The position numbers and the translations under genes are program-made. A stretch of DNA of 64,000 bases from Camelus dromedarius. Lineage: Eukaryota. Each line of letters starts with the position of its first letter. Position 1 is the first letter of the stretch. Below are positions 12,171-23,967 of the stretch, in pieces. Under the pieces are notes generated by a model. The model worked only from the letters and a program-made list of their open reading frames with translations. It was not told the DNA's origin and searched no databases. Location of the stretch: assembly GCF_036321535.1 (NCBI RefSeq), contig NC_087436.1, forward strand, positions 115,074,001 through 115,138,000, read 5' to 3'.

Positions 12171-12992
12171 GAATAAAGAGAGAGAGAAAAAACCCAGGAA
12201 AACAGAAACATAGTTTTATATCTGTGATTTCCATTTTTGTTGTAGAAATTGCCAAAATAGCCTTTAGTTCTAATCCAGCTTACTCTCTGACTCACATTTC
12301 TAAAAAAGGCTTCATCTCAGGCTTTATCCAGGATGGTTGTTTGGTGAATGTGTTTTGTTGACATGTATTTAATTAATGACAAATTACTTTAAAATGATGC
12401 AAAATTTCACAATAAGAATTTTTGTTGTTGTTTTGGTTTTGGTTTTTTTGTTTTGTTTTGTTTTTGGTAAGCATTTCAAGGTTTGGTGATAGGAGTTTGG
12501 AATGGAAACTATGCCAGATTCTGATGACTTAAAGGTCAGGGCAAAGCTTTATTATACTCCTGAATCTATACTATGTGTTTTAAGACGTTTCAGGTTGAAA
12601 AAAATAGAGCAGGAAGTTATGTTTTACATGATAGGCAGCTCTTGTTAAAACTAAAACAAAACTGATTCTTTGGAGGAGACAGTTTTATCAGCCTTTTCTT
12701 GTTCTGTGTAAACACAAAAAGAACTGTTTGATGCTGTCTTTAAAAGGGGAAACAACAGCAGAAAAGCAAACAAAACAAACAGGTAATTAATAGAGTCCCT
12801 GATTGGTGGCAGATTAGAGATGCTTCCAGCCACAAGTCAACAACTAAATGCTTCTCAACAAATGCCATCTCAGCTAACTTCTGCTTCTGGGATTCATGTG
12901 ATAATCAAATTAGGTAACACATATGGAAATCTTTGGTGAACTGGAAGGTGCATAAAAAATACAAACGCCTATTGTCTGTTTTGTCTTCCTAG

Positions 12993-13132
12993 ACGCTCTC
13001 TTTCAAAGCCTTATGATTGCAATTACAGCTTATGACTAAGTGATTCATGGACTGAAATTTATTTTAATATGGATTAGACCAGCTGAAGTTTCACTCTTCT
13101 TGTTTATGAACACTTTTGTCCCAGTTTCTTAA
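12993..13132 (+). pseudogene. Candidate exon: pre-transmembrane helix
   Basis: Strong acceptor ttttgtcttcctag|, phase 1 consistent with previous exon. Reads ALFQSLMIAITAYD*VIHGLKFILIWIRPAEVSLFLFMNT, comparable to MCTP2 [20 protein letters not shown]..RS...F. Donor uncertain. Confidence 0.55.
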
Positions 13133-13717
13133 GTATTTACATAGATAAAGATACATCGGTATGTCTGTATGTAATATAAGGATATATACTTATTTGATTT
13201 TCCCAACAATTGTAATATGGACAGGGACGTGATTGATTTAGGTGATAAAACTGAGAGTCAGAGAAGCTACTTGCTTGGTCACTGCAGGGGACAGTTCTTG
13301 GATTTCTCACTCTCGTCCTGGCCTTTTACTAGGTCACACTGCCTCTGGGTCAATGTATCCATGACACATCCATATTTTCTCCCTCCCACTCCTGTGCCAC
13401 CCTTCCCATCCCTCTCTGTATACACCCACATACAAAAGGAAATAAATAAAAATGTTGAACGCTTTATTTCCTGGGTCACCCTTTCATTGTGCATCCAAGC
13501 ACACACAGGAAAATCACATTTCAGAAGAGTGTAATACTTCGTTATGCAAAGACAAAAACTTGAGTAAGAAAAACTCCCCATCCTCAGTTAAGTTGATGCC
13601 TCTACTCTAGCAAGAGAGAAGAGACAAGGACATGAAAAAACAAAAAAGATCTCTTCTGCTAGGATTCTTTACTTTTATGTACACATTTCCATGAAATCAT
13701 GTTTTACTGTGTTTCAG

Positions 13718-13800
13718 CGAGAGCATATCAACCTATCTTGTCTGGTAGGTCATTATTTCCCTTTCATATTATTTATCTGCAAGGGCACCCAAGTGCCTGA
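13718..13800 (+). pseudogene. Candidate exon: first hydrophobic segment, decayed
   Basis: Acceptor actgtgtttcag|. ESISTYLVW* in one frame and SLFPFHIIYL in another, comparable to MCTP LFVVWNFELYMIPLVLLLL. Alternative donor at 13745. Confidence 0.4.
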
Positions 13801-16800
13801 CACTTAGCAGCGTGTTAGGAACATTGATCTAATGGCCTTTGCAGGTGTCTATTCCCTGAATCTGCAGATGGGTGAAATCAGCATTTAACAAATAACACCA
13901 GAACCCTCGATTGCTTCCCCAACATCTCTTAATAGATAGTCAAGTTTAATTAAAATTAAATCAACTTAGTAGATGTATACAGGCATGAGGATGAAGAGTG
14001 TAGCAAATTCTCTAGTGGAGACAGAAACTCCGATATAACCTGACGCAGTGTATATACACAGTGAGTATATCTGTGTAACGGAACATGAATATAACGGTAA
14101 CAGGGAGGAACTCTTATGCCCAGAATGGCAATGACTGTAACCTTACCAAATCTTTCCTTGCATTGGAGAATTTTGTAATGCATGACAACAATACTGAAGT
14201 AGCATTAAAGTAATGCTTTCTTGTATGCCACACCTGGACGGATGAGAGCCTGGCTATGAACGAATTCTACGTGAGATATTTCTTGACATCTGGCTCCAAA
14301 TTCTTGTCTGAGATTGTTAGGTAGGGGCTAGCCAGTCTAAGATGTCTTTCCAGTACATTTCTTTAACTTGGGATTTATGTTAGCAATTACAAAAGGAAGT
14401 CTTAAGAGCATATGAAGCTATAATATGGAGAAAGTATTACATATAGTTTATATTTACCTGACAAGGATGACATCTGCATTAAATTATGAAAATGACATCA
14501 TGGGATTTTATCAACACTAGGAGCTGGTAAAATGCAAATCACGGGAATCCATAGAATGTTTCTTTCTAGTTCTAAATAAATAAAGAAAATGCTATTTTTC
14601 TATCATCTGTTGATGCTTTTTTAGTTCTCACATCTCTGATTTTCTGGATCAGTCTGCATTGGTAGGTCACAAATTTAGTTTTTGTCATTTGTAAAAAATC
14701 CACACTAAACAACAACTTAAAAAATTAGTTCAAATAAAAAAATTATCTTTGGCTGCAAATTATTTACCACCTCATCCCTTTGTGTAAGATGCTGAAATGT
14801 GATAGATCTGGAGAGATGTGCACCAAAAGATTGTGATGCAATTAACATGTCCTGGTGGAGATTTGAGTGGGGGTGAGAATGTGCAGAAGAAAAGCTGCTA
14901 AGCTTGCAGTTACCCAGCTGTCTGTCTGTCTGTCTACCTAAGTGTGTAGCATTCATCTATGCATCTATCAATCACCTATTTATCTGTTCACCACTTATGA
15001 ATTTATGTATCTATATTCATATATCTTCTCTCTCCATATATATATAATCACAACATTCTTTTCCATTTTAATCTTGTCTGTTGTTTCAAATGCTGTAAGA
15101 TTATAAACAACTTAAAGAGGTGATAAATATCTCATTTTATGATTTTTTTATGAATTTATGATTTACACTTAATTCATTACCTTAGAGTTACTTATATGCT
15201 TGTCCACTTTGCTTATTCTTGTCTATTTCCAGTTCTTTGAATAAATCAGATACACCCTTATTGAATACATAAAACTGAATAATTAAATTAAATAAATAAG
15301 ATACACTCTTACTGGATCAAGTTGTATTAGAAGGTCTTTAATCTTTCATAAGACATGAAAGATGGCAATTGATGAAAGCTTTTAATTACGCCATGTCGTA
15401 AATATACACCGCCTAGGTTTCGCAAAGGAAGAGGGGAACATTTAATGGGAACATTACCATAGGTCAGGTATTGCCCTTGCTTTTATACATATATTATTTT
15501 GAAGAATCCTCACAACATTCCTTTAAATTAGGATCACGACCCTATAAAATCAGTTTCCAGAAGAAGAAGTTAAAAAGATAGGTGACTCTCAGACACACAA
15601 TGTGTTGAACAGTAGATTAGAGCTTCAGTCATTTGTCCTTGGAATATAAATCCTGAGCCTCATGCGCTGCATGAAGAGTGGAAAACCCCCCCAGAAACAT
15701 ATCACAATTGTGCTACTGTTGACGAGGATTACGCTTCCCTAGTGGGCAGTGGAGGACTGCTCCTCCGGGGCCTGAACCCCACAGGCTTTATCACGCTCCT
15801 TGTGACAAGCTTCCATGCCTTGGCCAGGGCAGTTTCTCTTTCATGTGGGGTGTGCTGCCTCAGTATTAGGAAAATTACAACGTTATTGGAAGGAAATGAC
15901 TAACATATAACACAGCTGCACAGTCTTTGTCTCAGAGAAAGTAGGCCATCCTAATATGTGGGCTCTAAATAAGTCATTATACAGAAAGATCCAACCAGTA
16001 TTTCCACAAAAGGTGGTTTGTTTGTTTGTTTCTTTTTCTTTTTTCCTATATAAAGTCAGAGGTACAAAGTTACAAACTAAATGCATGGCAAACATGAGGA
16101 ATAAATAATCTTTTATATCAGAGTAAGAAAAATGTGGTCTTGTAATTAGATGGATCTTGATTCTATTTTGAGCATTGATAATTATCAACAAGGTACTTGC
16201 TGTTTGAACCTTAGTTCATCTATACATTAAAAAAAAATAGCATTTTGTGAAGGTTAGAGATAATAGGCATAAAATACTTACAACAGTCCTGTTCTATAAA
16301 AGGCACCAAACAGAGGTTCATTATTATTATCATTTGGAAAACAAGTCAGGACCCCCCTCCCCTAGTACTCAGACATAAACACTCTTGCCAGGTATTTAAG
16401 ATGCTAATTAATCTCTCTTGACTTTGAGCCAATTGTGACTGGACTCATGTGCTCAGAACATTGTGAAATGTGCAATGTCAGCTCTATTTCTGGTGAAGCT
16501 TGACTTGGGAATGTGGGGCTTTCTCTGCTTTCTCCTCTCTGCCCTTCATCAGGCACTTGGGAGCTGCCCACAGGGGAGCAGACACCTGCCCGTGCAGTAC
16601 CACACAGCAATATGGGGGAGCCGAGGCCTCCCCTTCCCCCATCAGTGCAGAAGAGACCAAGTGCTCTCCAGATCTGATGTTCGCTTATGCTGATGGTCCC
16701 CCTGGCTAATCATTGGTCTTCTTATGCAGAGGAGTCAGTGGAGGAAGAGGATAGCATAGAATTCCTCATATTTTCCAGAAACGGCTAAAATCTTGGCAGA

Positions 16801-17498
16801 CTTTGCCATTTTATGGTTTGATGTAAAAATACAGCGAGAGGAAAAGAAAGTATTTCTACTGGGATGCTTTTGGCAGCAAGTAATAGCAATTTAAACTTGA
16901 ACAGACTGGGACATTATGAAGACATCTAAATTCAGATGAGAAGGAATTCGGACGTAGTAGCTTTCAAGATTGGTTAGTCCAGCAGGTAATGATATCACCA
17001 AGGTTGGTCATTAGTTCTGTCCTAAGGCAAGTTCTCCCATGATTATAATCTGCCTGTCAGTATCCTAGGGCACCATTTTCTCATTCATAACTTGGAGGAG
17101 AGAGGCAACCTGGCTCATGTTCATAAAATCCAGAAAACATCTCTCTCAGAAGCCCCAGGCAAACCTCTCAGTTCATCTGTCCAAAATGGCTTGGTCTTGC
17201 TTAACCCTAAATGAATTGTGAGTAAAGGGCCTTAGACTAATTGGCTAGAGTAGAACAGATATTGGGAAAGTAGCACTTTGCCATGGAAGAATTCCTTCTA
17301 AAACCTGAAACCTGTTTGCTAGATTCTGGGATGCATGGCTCATCTTCCTGGCATAGCAATATTCAACTTAGGTGTCCCAACAATGTGTGTAGCTGGATTA
17401 TCTATGTCTACCTTTAGTTATGTTATATAGTATTTTGAAAAAGATTTGTTAAATCATCCTTGAACACACTCTTCCACTCTTGATGTTTTGGTTAACAG

Positions 17499-17540
17499 AA
17501 ATGGCAATGTATTTCTTTCAAGTTTATGATACACTTGGAC
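17499..17540 (+). pseudogene. Candidate 42-nt exon, open frame
   Basis: gttttggttaacag| ... GAC|gtaagc. Phase-1 frame MAMYFFQVYDTLG is open. Confidence 0.45.
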
Positions 17541-17883
17541 GTAAGCCCCCTGGAGAGCTGAATGGATTGGGTTCTATTTGAGCAGTGCTTTTAAGTAGGA
17601 TTTTTTTTTTGATCCAAAGAAAGTGTTTTTCTAAAGTGGGGAAACTTTCCGGACATAAAACAATACTCACAAAATACATGGAAGACTACAGTGCAAATTA
17701 TTCTGTAAAACAGGCAGTGGGGTTTTTTTTTTGGAAATTCACATGGTGTCAAAATTCAGAGACATATTGAACACAATGTACTTGGTCAGCTCTAAATTGT
17801 TCCCTGGAGAATAAATGTTATATATTTTTAAAATACACTGTTTCAAAAACAATTTAACATTTAACATTAATTTTTCCTTTCTG

Positions 17884-17964
17884 AATTTGAGCCATTTGTT
17901 AAGCAAAGAAGATGGTTGGCAGCAGTTTCATTTGTAAATCATTGGGAACTGCAATCTCCAAAAT
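17884..17964 (+). pseudogene. Candidate 81-nt exon, open frame, mutated acceptor
   Basis: tttttcctttctg| (AG>TG inferred) ... AAT|gtaagt. Phase 1-1 frame FEPFVKQRRWLAAVSFVNHWELQSPK. Confidence 0.45.
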
Positions 17965-18083
17965 GTAAGTTAATTTTAAGTAAAAGTTGTTCTGGATGGA
18001 CCTCCGAGGCAGTTATTTATGAAAATTACATTATTTTGTAAGAATCTAAAAGGAAATACAATCTATCCTTTCTGCACACCTAG

Positions 18084-18300
18084 GAAGATATTACTAAGCT
18101 CTCCAAGAAGCCTCAAGTAGACTTAAGGATTTGGTACATCCAACAAACTTAGCATGCAAAAGTTCTGCCCTGGTATTGTGGCCTCGCAGGTTACATTGTT
18201 TGGGTTTAGAGTGGCTGGCGTTTTGTCCTTTGTGCTGAGAGAGACTGGGCATGCTAGTCTGACTGCAGCTGATGTACTGTGTTCAGCACGTGAACTGAAG
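18084..18300 (+). pseudogene. Candidate exon: PRT_C helix and second hydrophobic segment
   Basis: Acceptor cctttctgcacacctag|. Phase 1 RYY*ALQEASSRLKDLVHPTNLACKSSALVLWPR, then shifted frame VTLFGFRVAGVLSFVLRE...ELK|gtagta. Compare MCTP IYAIQEVCVSVQNIL...NTFNW and plant MCTP RYDRLRSVAGRIQTVV...LLSW (recalled). Confidence 0.6.
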
Positions 18301-18384
18301 GTAGTAAAAATGGATAAGTAAGGTATCTGTATGATCTGAGTTGGCTTGTTGAGAATGCTATGTGTTAGGAGTTTGGGTTTATAG

Positions 18385-18520
18385 ATGATGAGGAATGAGA
18401 TCTTCCTTTGGGGTGATCAAAGAGAAGGCTGCTCTCTTGAACTCAGGTAGTGGTTCTTTACGACAATGTGAAATTGCTCCCATTCTCTGTGAAGAACTCC
18501 TATATGTGCTAATTTTACTG
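18385..18520 (+). pseudogene. Candidate last coding exon: MCTP C-terminal motif
   Basis: tttatag|MMRNEIFLWG...ELR*, shifted frame VLYDNVKLLPF, original frame L*RTP. Compare MCTP1 LRYIVLVWG...LRSPYAIDNNELLDFLSRVP (recalled). Confidence 0.6.
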
Positions 18521-19387
18521 AGATTAAAATCCAAGTTACTGTTACCAGTGGAAAGATATGTATCCACTGGTGTTTCTGTGTATTCCTGATACAAATTTTT
18601 ATCACTAAAAAGAATGAGTGTTATGTTTGAAAATCTAATAAAGCTGATAATTTCCCATTTTGTAATAATTTTTACTTAAGTAGGAATAGTTTTAAATTAG
18701 TGATACACTTTAACATAATATAATATTAAGAATGTCAAACAAAACAAAATAAAGCTAAATAATCTCTAAGAATGCCAGACAGGGCATGTGGTATGTGTTT
18801 AAAATGCTGGTTAATATTGCAGGATTTCATGTCCTTTTGTTCAAAAAATATGATTCAATTTAAAGTGACAGTAGAGATTTTTTACTGAATGTAAACTCTT
18901 AATGCATGAAATTCTTCTGTAATGGCATTTTCCACTTTTGAGTGTACTCAAATCTGAAACATGTGTCAAATTGTTGTTCAATTCCAACTCTTCCACAACA
19001 CTTTCCAAGTCTACTGCAGACAAAGTAACTTTTCTCTTCTAAAAGAGAAGGTTGGAATGGATGAGGACGAAAGTCATGGCCAGCTGAATAACCATGTAGT
19101 GTTATGATCTTCTGTGACATTGTTTATCGAACACAGGCAAACACAAGCTTTGAATATTCTACCCATAAGTGACACGCACACATCCTTGCCCTTGTTTGTA
19201 TTTTGCCTCTCATGGCTCCCCTTTCTGTGCTCCTGCTTTATATAATACTTGCCACACTGCACTGATGTTTCTTCATGAGCTGGTTTTCCCCAGCAGATTG
19301 TGTAATGCCACATGGCAGTTAATGTATCTATGTGCCAGAAACTTCATAGTGCCCAAAACAGAAATAAATTTTTTTTTGGAATAAATA

Positions 19388-20425
19388 GTACTATATACTG
19401 AATGTCTCCCCTGTCCCACCCCAAATTCATATGTTGAAATTTTAACCATCAGTGTGATAAAGTGAGGAGTTGGGGCTTCTGGAAGGTGATTAAGTCCTGA
19501 GGGTATGGTCTTCCTGAATAAGATTAGTGCCCTTATAAAAGAGACCCCAGAATTACCCTTTACCCCTTTGGCCACTTGAAGACACAGTGAAAAGACTGCC
19601 GCCCATAAATAAGCAAGCTGGCTCTTGCCAGACATCCATTCTGCCAGTGCCTTGATCTTGGGCTTCCAGCCTCCAGAGCTGAGAAATAAATTTCTGTTGT
19701 TTAAGCTACTCAGTCAATTCTGTATTCTGTTATAGCAGCCAGAACAGACTGAGATAGAAATTGGTACCACGAAGTGAGGGGCTGCTGTAACAAACACCTA
19801 AAAATGTGGAAGTGGCTTTGGAACTGGGCAATGGGTAGAGGTTGGGAAAATCTTGGGGTGCAAGCTAGAAAAGGCATACCTTGTTGTCGATGTACCACTA
19901 AGGTGATTCTGGCAAACTGGAAAGAAAAGAGGAAAGCTGTATAAAATACAAGTGTATAAAATAAAACATGTACAGAAAGCATCACCCTTTTCAGACAATA
20001 CCTAAATAATCCTGAACAGACTGTTGTAGAGGTACGGGCAACAAGGTCCATTCCGATGGGGCCTCCAGCAGAAGTAAGGAATAAGCTTCTGGACAAGGAG
20101 GAAAGGGCACTCTTCTCACAGAGTCACACAGCACTTGGCTGGACTGCGCTCCTGTGCTAGTGCTTTGTGGAAGGTAGGACTGGATACTGGCCAAGGAAAC
20201 ATCCAAGCAGAGTGTTGAAGGGGCAGCCTGGTTCCTCCTGATGGCTTAGAGTAAAATGTAAGAAGAGAGAAATTATTTAAAGTTCAAATAGTTCGTCAAA
20301 AGGGAAGCAGAACTTAAAGATTTGAAACATTCTCAGCTTATCCATGTTGAAAAGAATGAGAAAGCCTGTTCAGGAGAAAACACAAAGGCTGTGGCCAAAG
20401 GACCCTTTGATAAGGAGATTAGCTA
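19388..20425 (+). mobile_element. MaLR LTR (MLT1A/MST-like, 19388-19756) with adjoining internal sequence
   Basis: LTR motifs cccaaattcatatgttgaa, gcccttataaaagagacccc, aataaatttctgttgtttaagc. Internal start gaaattggtacc...aatgtggaagtggctttggaactggg. Confidence 0.9.
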
Positions 20426-20526
20426 ATAAGTAGATGGTCACTGAAGACATCCCATGAGTGAAATTGATTAAGAAAAATGTATAAAATAAAACATGAAGAG
20501 GACTGAGACAAGAACACTCTGTCCTA

Positions 20527-20765
20527 ACATTTTGGCAAATAATAGTCACTATATATAAAAATAGATTTAAAAAACCCCAAATTTCTTTTGTATAGCACTG
20601 GGGACTATATTCAATATCTTATAATAACCTTTAATGAAAAAGAACATGAAAACGAACATATGTATGTATATGCATGACTGGGACACTGTGCTGTACACCA
20701 GAAAGTGACACATTGTAACTGACTGTACTTCTATTAAAAAAAAGAAATAAGAGAGAGAGAAAAAA
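20527..20765 (+). mobile_element. Short camelid-type L1 3' end inserted in an L2
   Basis: 17-bp TSD aagaacactctgt(c/g)cta at 20510-20526 and 20766-20782, with A-rich tail. Confidence 0.92.
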
Positions 20766-20890
20766 AAGAACACTCTGTGCTATGAACAAATAAGGGTAAG
20801 GCAGAAGAAACAGAGCCTACAAAGAGACTTAAGAAGAAATGAGCATAGAGGTAGATGGACTAAAATGATGTCCCAGAAGCCAAGGGACAG

Positions 20891-21218
20891 TGCTATGGTC
20901 TGAATGCTGTGTCTGCTCTCCAGTTCATATACAGCAATCCTAACCCCCAAGGATGATGATATTAATAGGTGGAGCCTTTGGGAGGTGAGCAGGTCATGGG
21001 GTCAGTGCTCTTATAAAAGAGACCCCCGCAGAGCTCCCTTGTCCCTTCCATCATGCGAGCCTGCAAGAGTTCTGAGACCAGAATGCGGGTCCTCATCTGA
21101 CCATGCTGGCGCTCTCATCTCAGATTTCCAGCCTCTAGAACTGTGAGAAATAAATGTCTTGTTTATTAGCTACTCAGTCTGTAGTGCTGTGTTATAGCCA
21201 CCCAGCTGGACTAAGACA
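20891..21218 (+). mobile_element. Solo MaLR LTR (MLT1A-like)
   Basis: TG...CA ends, ttataaaagagacccc, ctgtgagaaataaatg. 5-bp TSD gacag/gaaag. Confidence 0.9.
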
Positions 21219-21644
21219 GAAAGAGAGACGGGTAGATTTTACCCAGTGCAGCAAAGTGAGGTAGGGGTTAAAAAGAAACGACAGAGTTTGGTAATTCATG
21301 ACTTTTGCAGAATGATTTCCGTGTAGCAGTACGGACACACTTTGATTTTAGTAGGATGAAGAGTGAATAGGATTTGAGAATGGGAGACAGCAAGAGCAGA
21401 GTCTTACACTGAGGAATTCAGCTGTGAGGGAAGGAGAGATTCTTCCTTTCTAGATGGGGACTTAAGAGTCCCAGAGGGCATTGCGCTGTTGCATTAAATA
21501 CGGGATACTGGGGTATTTATATTAGCTGCAGGGAAGGAACTAGTAGAAAGGGAAGTGTTGAGTCAGGTTCGAGTCCTGTATCCTAAGGAAAGATAGGAAG
21601 GGTCAAAAATCAGTCAAATCAAGAGAAATGAAGAGGGATTTACA

Positions 21645-22458
21645 TCTGCGTTTGTTCCCTACGGTTGCCACCAACTGGCTTGCTTAATTAAAGCAACAGA
21701 AAATTGTTCATTCATAGCCTGAAATCAAGGTGTTGGCAAGACCGCCCTCTTCTGAAGGCTCTAGAAAATAACCCTCCTTTGCTTCTTTCTAGTGGTTGTT
21801 AGCAATCCTTGGAGACGCTCATTTTGTAACTACATTCTCCCCATTTCTACCCCTGTCCTCACGTGGCTTTCTTCCCTCTGTGGATGGCTCTGTCTTGGTC
21901 ACTTCAGGCTGCTGTAACAAAACACCATAGCTCTGATGACTTAAATAATAGAAAGTGTTTCTTACAGTTCTGGAGTCTGGGAAGTTCAAGATCAAGGTGC
22001 CAGCAAGGAAGGGTTCATTCTGAGGATTCTTCTCTCGGCTTGTTGGTGGCCACCGTTTGACCGTGTGCTCAGATGACCTCTTATTCGTGTTAACTGGGAG
22101 ATAGCAAGTGAAAGCTTGCAGGAGCTTCTTCTTAGAAGAAAATGAACCCCATCATAAGGGCTCCCTAATTACCTTCCAAAGGCCCCATCTCCAAACACCA
22201 TCGTGTTGAAAGTTAGGGCTTCAACATATGAATCTGGGGAGGACTCAGTTCAGCCCCCAGCAGTCTCCAAATCTCCCTCTCCTTATACAAACACCGTTCA
22301 TTGGATTTAGGGCCCATCCTAACCTAGTATCTCCTCATTGCAACTTGATTGCATCTGCAAAGACTCAGTGTCAGAATGAAACCACACTCTGGTTACCAGG
22401 GGTTAAGACTCCAATATATCTTTTCTGGTGGGGGGAGGTCACAATTCATCCTCCAACA
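21645..22458 (-). mobile_element. MLT1B/C-like LTR containing a nested MLT1A-like LTR (21891-22262)
   Basis: Inner LTR has TG...CA ends and TSD ggctc/gtctc. Outer LTR resumes at ctccaaatctccctctcc. Confidence 0.85.
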
Positions 22459-23624
22459 GCAGCAAACACAAGGAGTGCATGTGTAAAGCTGCTTTTGCAG
22501 GGGTTAAGGCGAGAAACTAGGGCATGGTCGATGCCACCTCAGAAAATTAAAATACATGGTCCTCTACTGAGAGGCAGAGGGGAAGTACAGGCCTGTAAAC
22601 TCCAACACACCATGAACAGCCCTGCAGTGGAAATGCGCTTACGGCATGCTGTGGGGACACAGAAGCAGGAGTGAGTATCAGCCTGGAGAATAATAAACAG
22701 GCTTCTCTGAGGACAGGCTGTGGGACCTTTGTCTAGAAAGATAAGTAAGAATATCCCCAGAGAAAGCAGGTGTGGCTGGTGGAGACCATCCCATGCAGAT
22801 AAAGCAATGGCCAAAGGACGGGGGTTCACGAAGGCCAGAGACCTTTCTTAAGTGCTCACAGTGCCACAGCCAGCAGTGCTGGGACTATGCTGGAGCCCAG
22901 TATTGTGGGGTTTAAATTCTTTTTTTCTCCCCCTCTCCCCCCCTGGAGGAGGAAAGAGGGCTGTTCACTCCTTGGTCCAAGAGTGTTTATTTGCTGAATG
23001 GCTATCCCCTTACCTGTTGTCCCATCATCAGTCCCAAAAGGCCTTGAGGTTTACTGCAATGCACAAGGTGGGAGTGATGATGACTGCATCCCGGGACAAG
23101 GCGCCGCAGGACCGGGGTGCCTGTCTCCTCACAGATATGCCATTGTTCTTGTCCGAGACGCCCTCTCTCCCTCACACTCCCTGGCCACGGCTGCCCCAAG
23201 CAGAGTGTTTATATGTTGAGTGCAGCACTCCATGGACTTCAGGGCCTAATGGGGTGTGAGAGGGAGCCTGGGGTTTTTCATCTTGTTTTCAGCTGTACAA
23301 ACACCACACACTTTCCCCTTCCACTCAAGGTCTAAGTTCAGGTCTTCTTAGACATTGGGAGCTGCAAGGTGGTGGCAGCGACTCCACAAGTCGAAAGAGA
23401 GGGACCCCGGGCCTTCCACCCTCACACCAGAGTGTTTGTTTTCTGAGCCCCTACTTAAGCTCTTGAGTAAACATCCCGCTGGTGGGTGATACTTTGGGAT
23501 CCTTCAGCAGCTGTGTTTAAAGGCAGAGGATGAGCTCTCCATTGTCCAAAAGAGGGAGAAACTGCTTCCCCAAAAGACAACAGAATGAGCGAATGAAGAG
23601 ATTTTTCTCTCCTACCTAACATGG

Positions 23625-23707
23625 TTTTTTCTCTTTCTTCCTGCCTTTTTCTCCCTTCCTTCCTTCTTCTTTCTTTTTCTTTCCTCCTTTCTTTCCTTCT
23701 TCCTTTC

Positions 23708-23805
<98 letters not shown>

Positions 23806-23911
23806 TTCCTTCCTTCCTTCCTTCCTTCCTTCCTTCCTTCCTTCCTTCCTTCCTTCTTTTCTCTTTCTTTCTTTCTTCCTTCCTTTCTTTCTTTCTCTCT
23901 CTTTCTTTCTC

Positions 23912-23967
<56 letters not shown>

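Larger units (their letters stand above)
2..18640 (+). pseudogene. Disabled multi-exon MCTP-like gene (multiple C2 domains + transmembrane/PRT_C region), 5' truncated by window edge
   Basis: Colinear exon-like segments on + with splice signals. Translations give C2 motifs (DFL..ISL...W.EI...GIL; SYCV...EKT..V...YNELF; FCLVV...RLWT..NP/FNE.L.F...DI...LELKV; LIYNP), then MCTP/PRT_C-like motifs (LKFILIW.RP; YLVW/LFPF; RYY*ALQEASSRLKDLV...LVLW; IFLWG; YDNVKLLPF/L*RTP). Many in-frame stops and frameshifts. AATAAA near 18637. Homology judged by eye from memory of MCTP1/2. Confidence 0.65.

Noticed and set aside
18379..18605. Three overlapping short ORFs in the ORF track
   Set aside because: None is recognisable; the informative reading is a stop-interrupted + strand frame not listed in the track.
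2..18640. Calling the locus MCTP1/MCTP2 itself or a processed pseudogene
   Set aside because: Similarity is far too low for these conserved orthologues, and the segments are separated by introns with splice signals, so no gene symbol is assigned.
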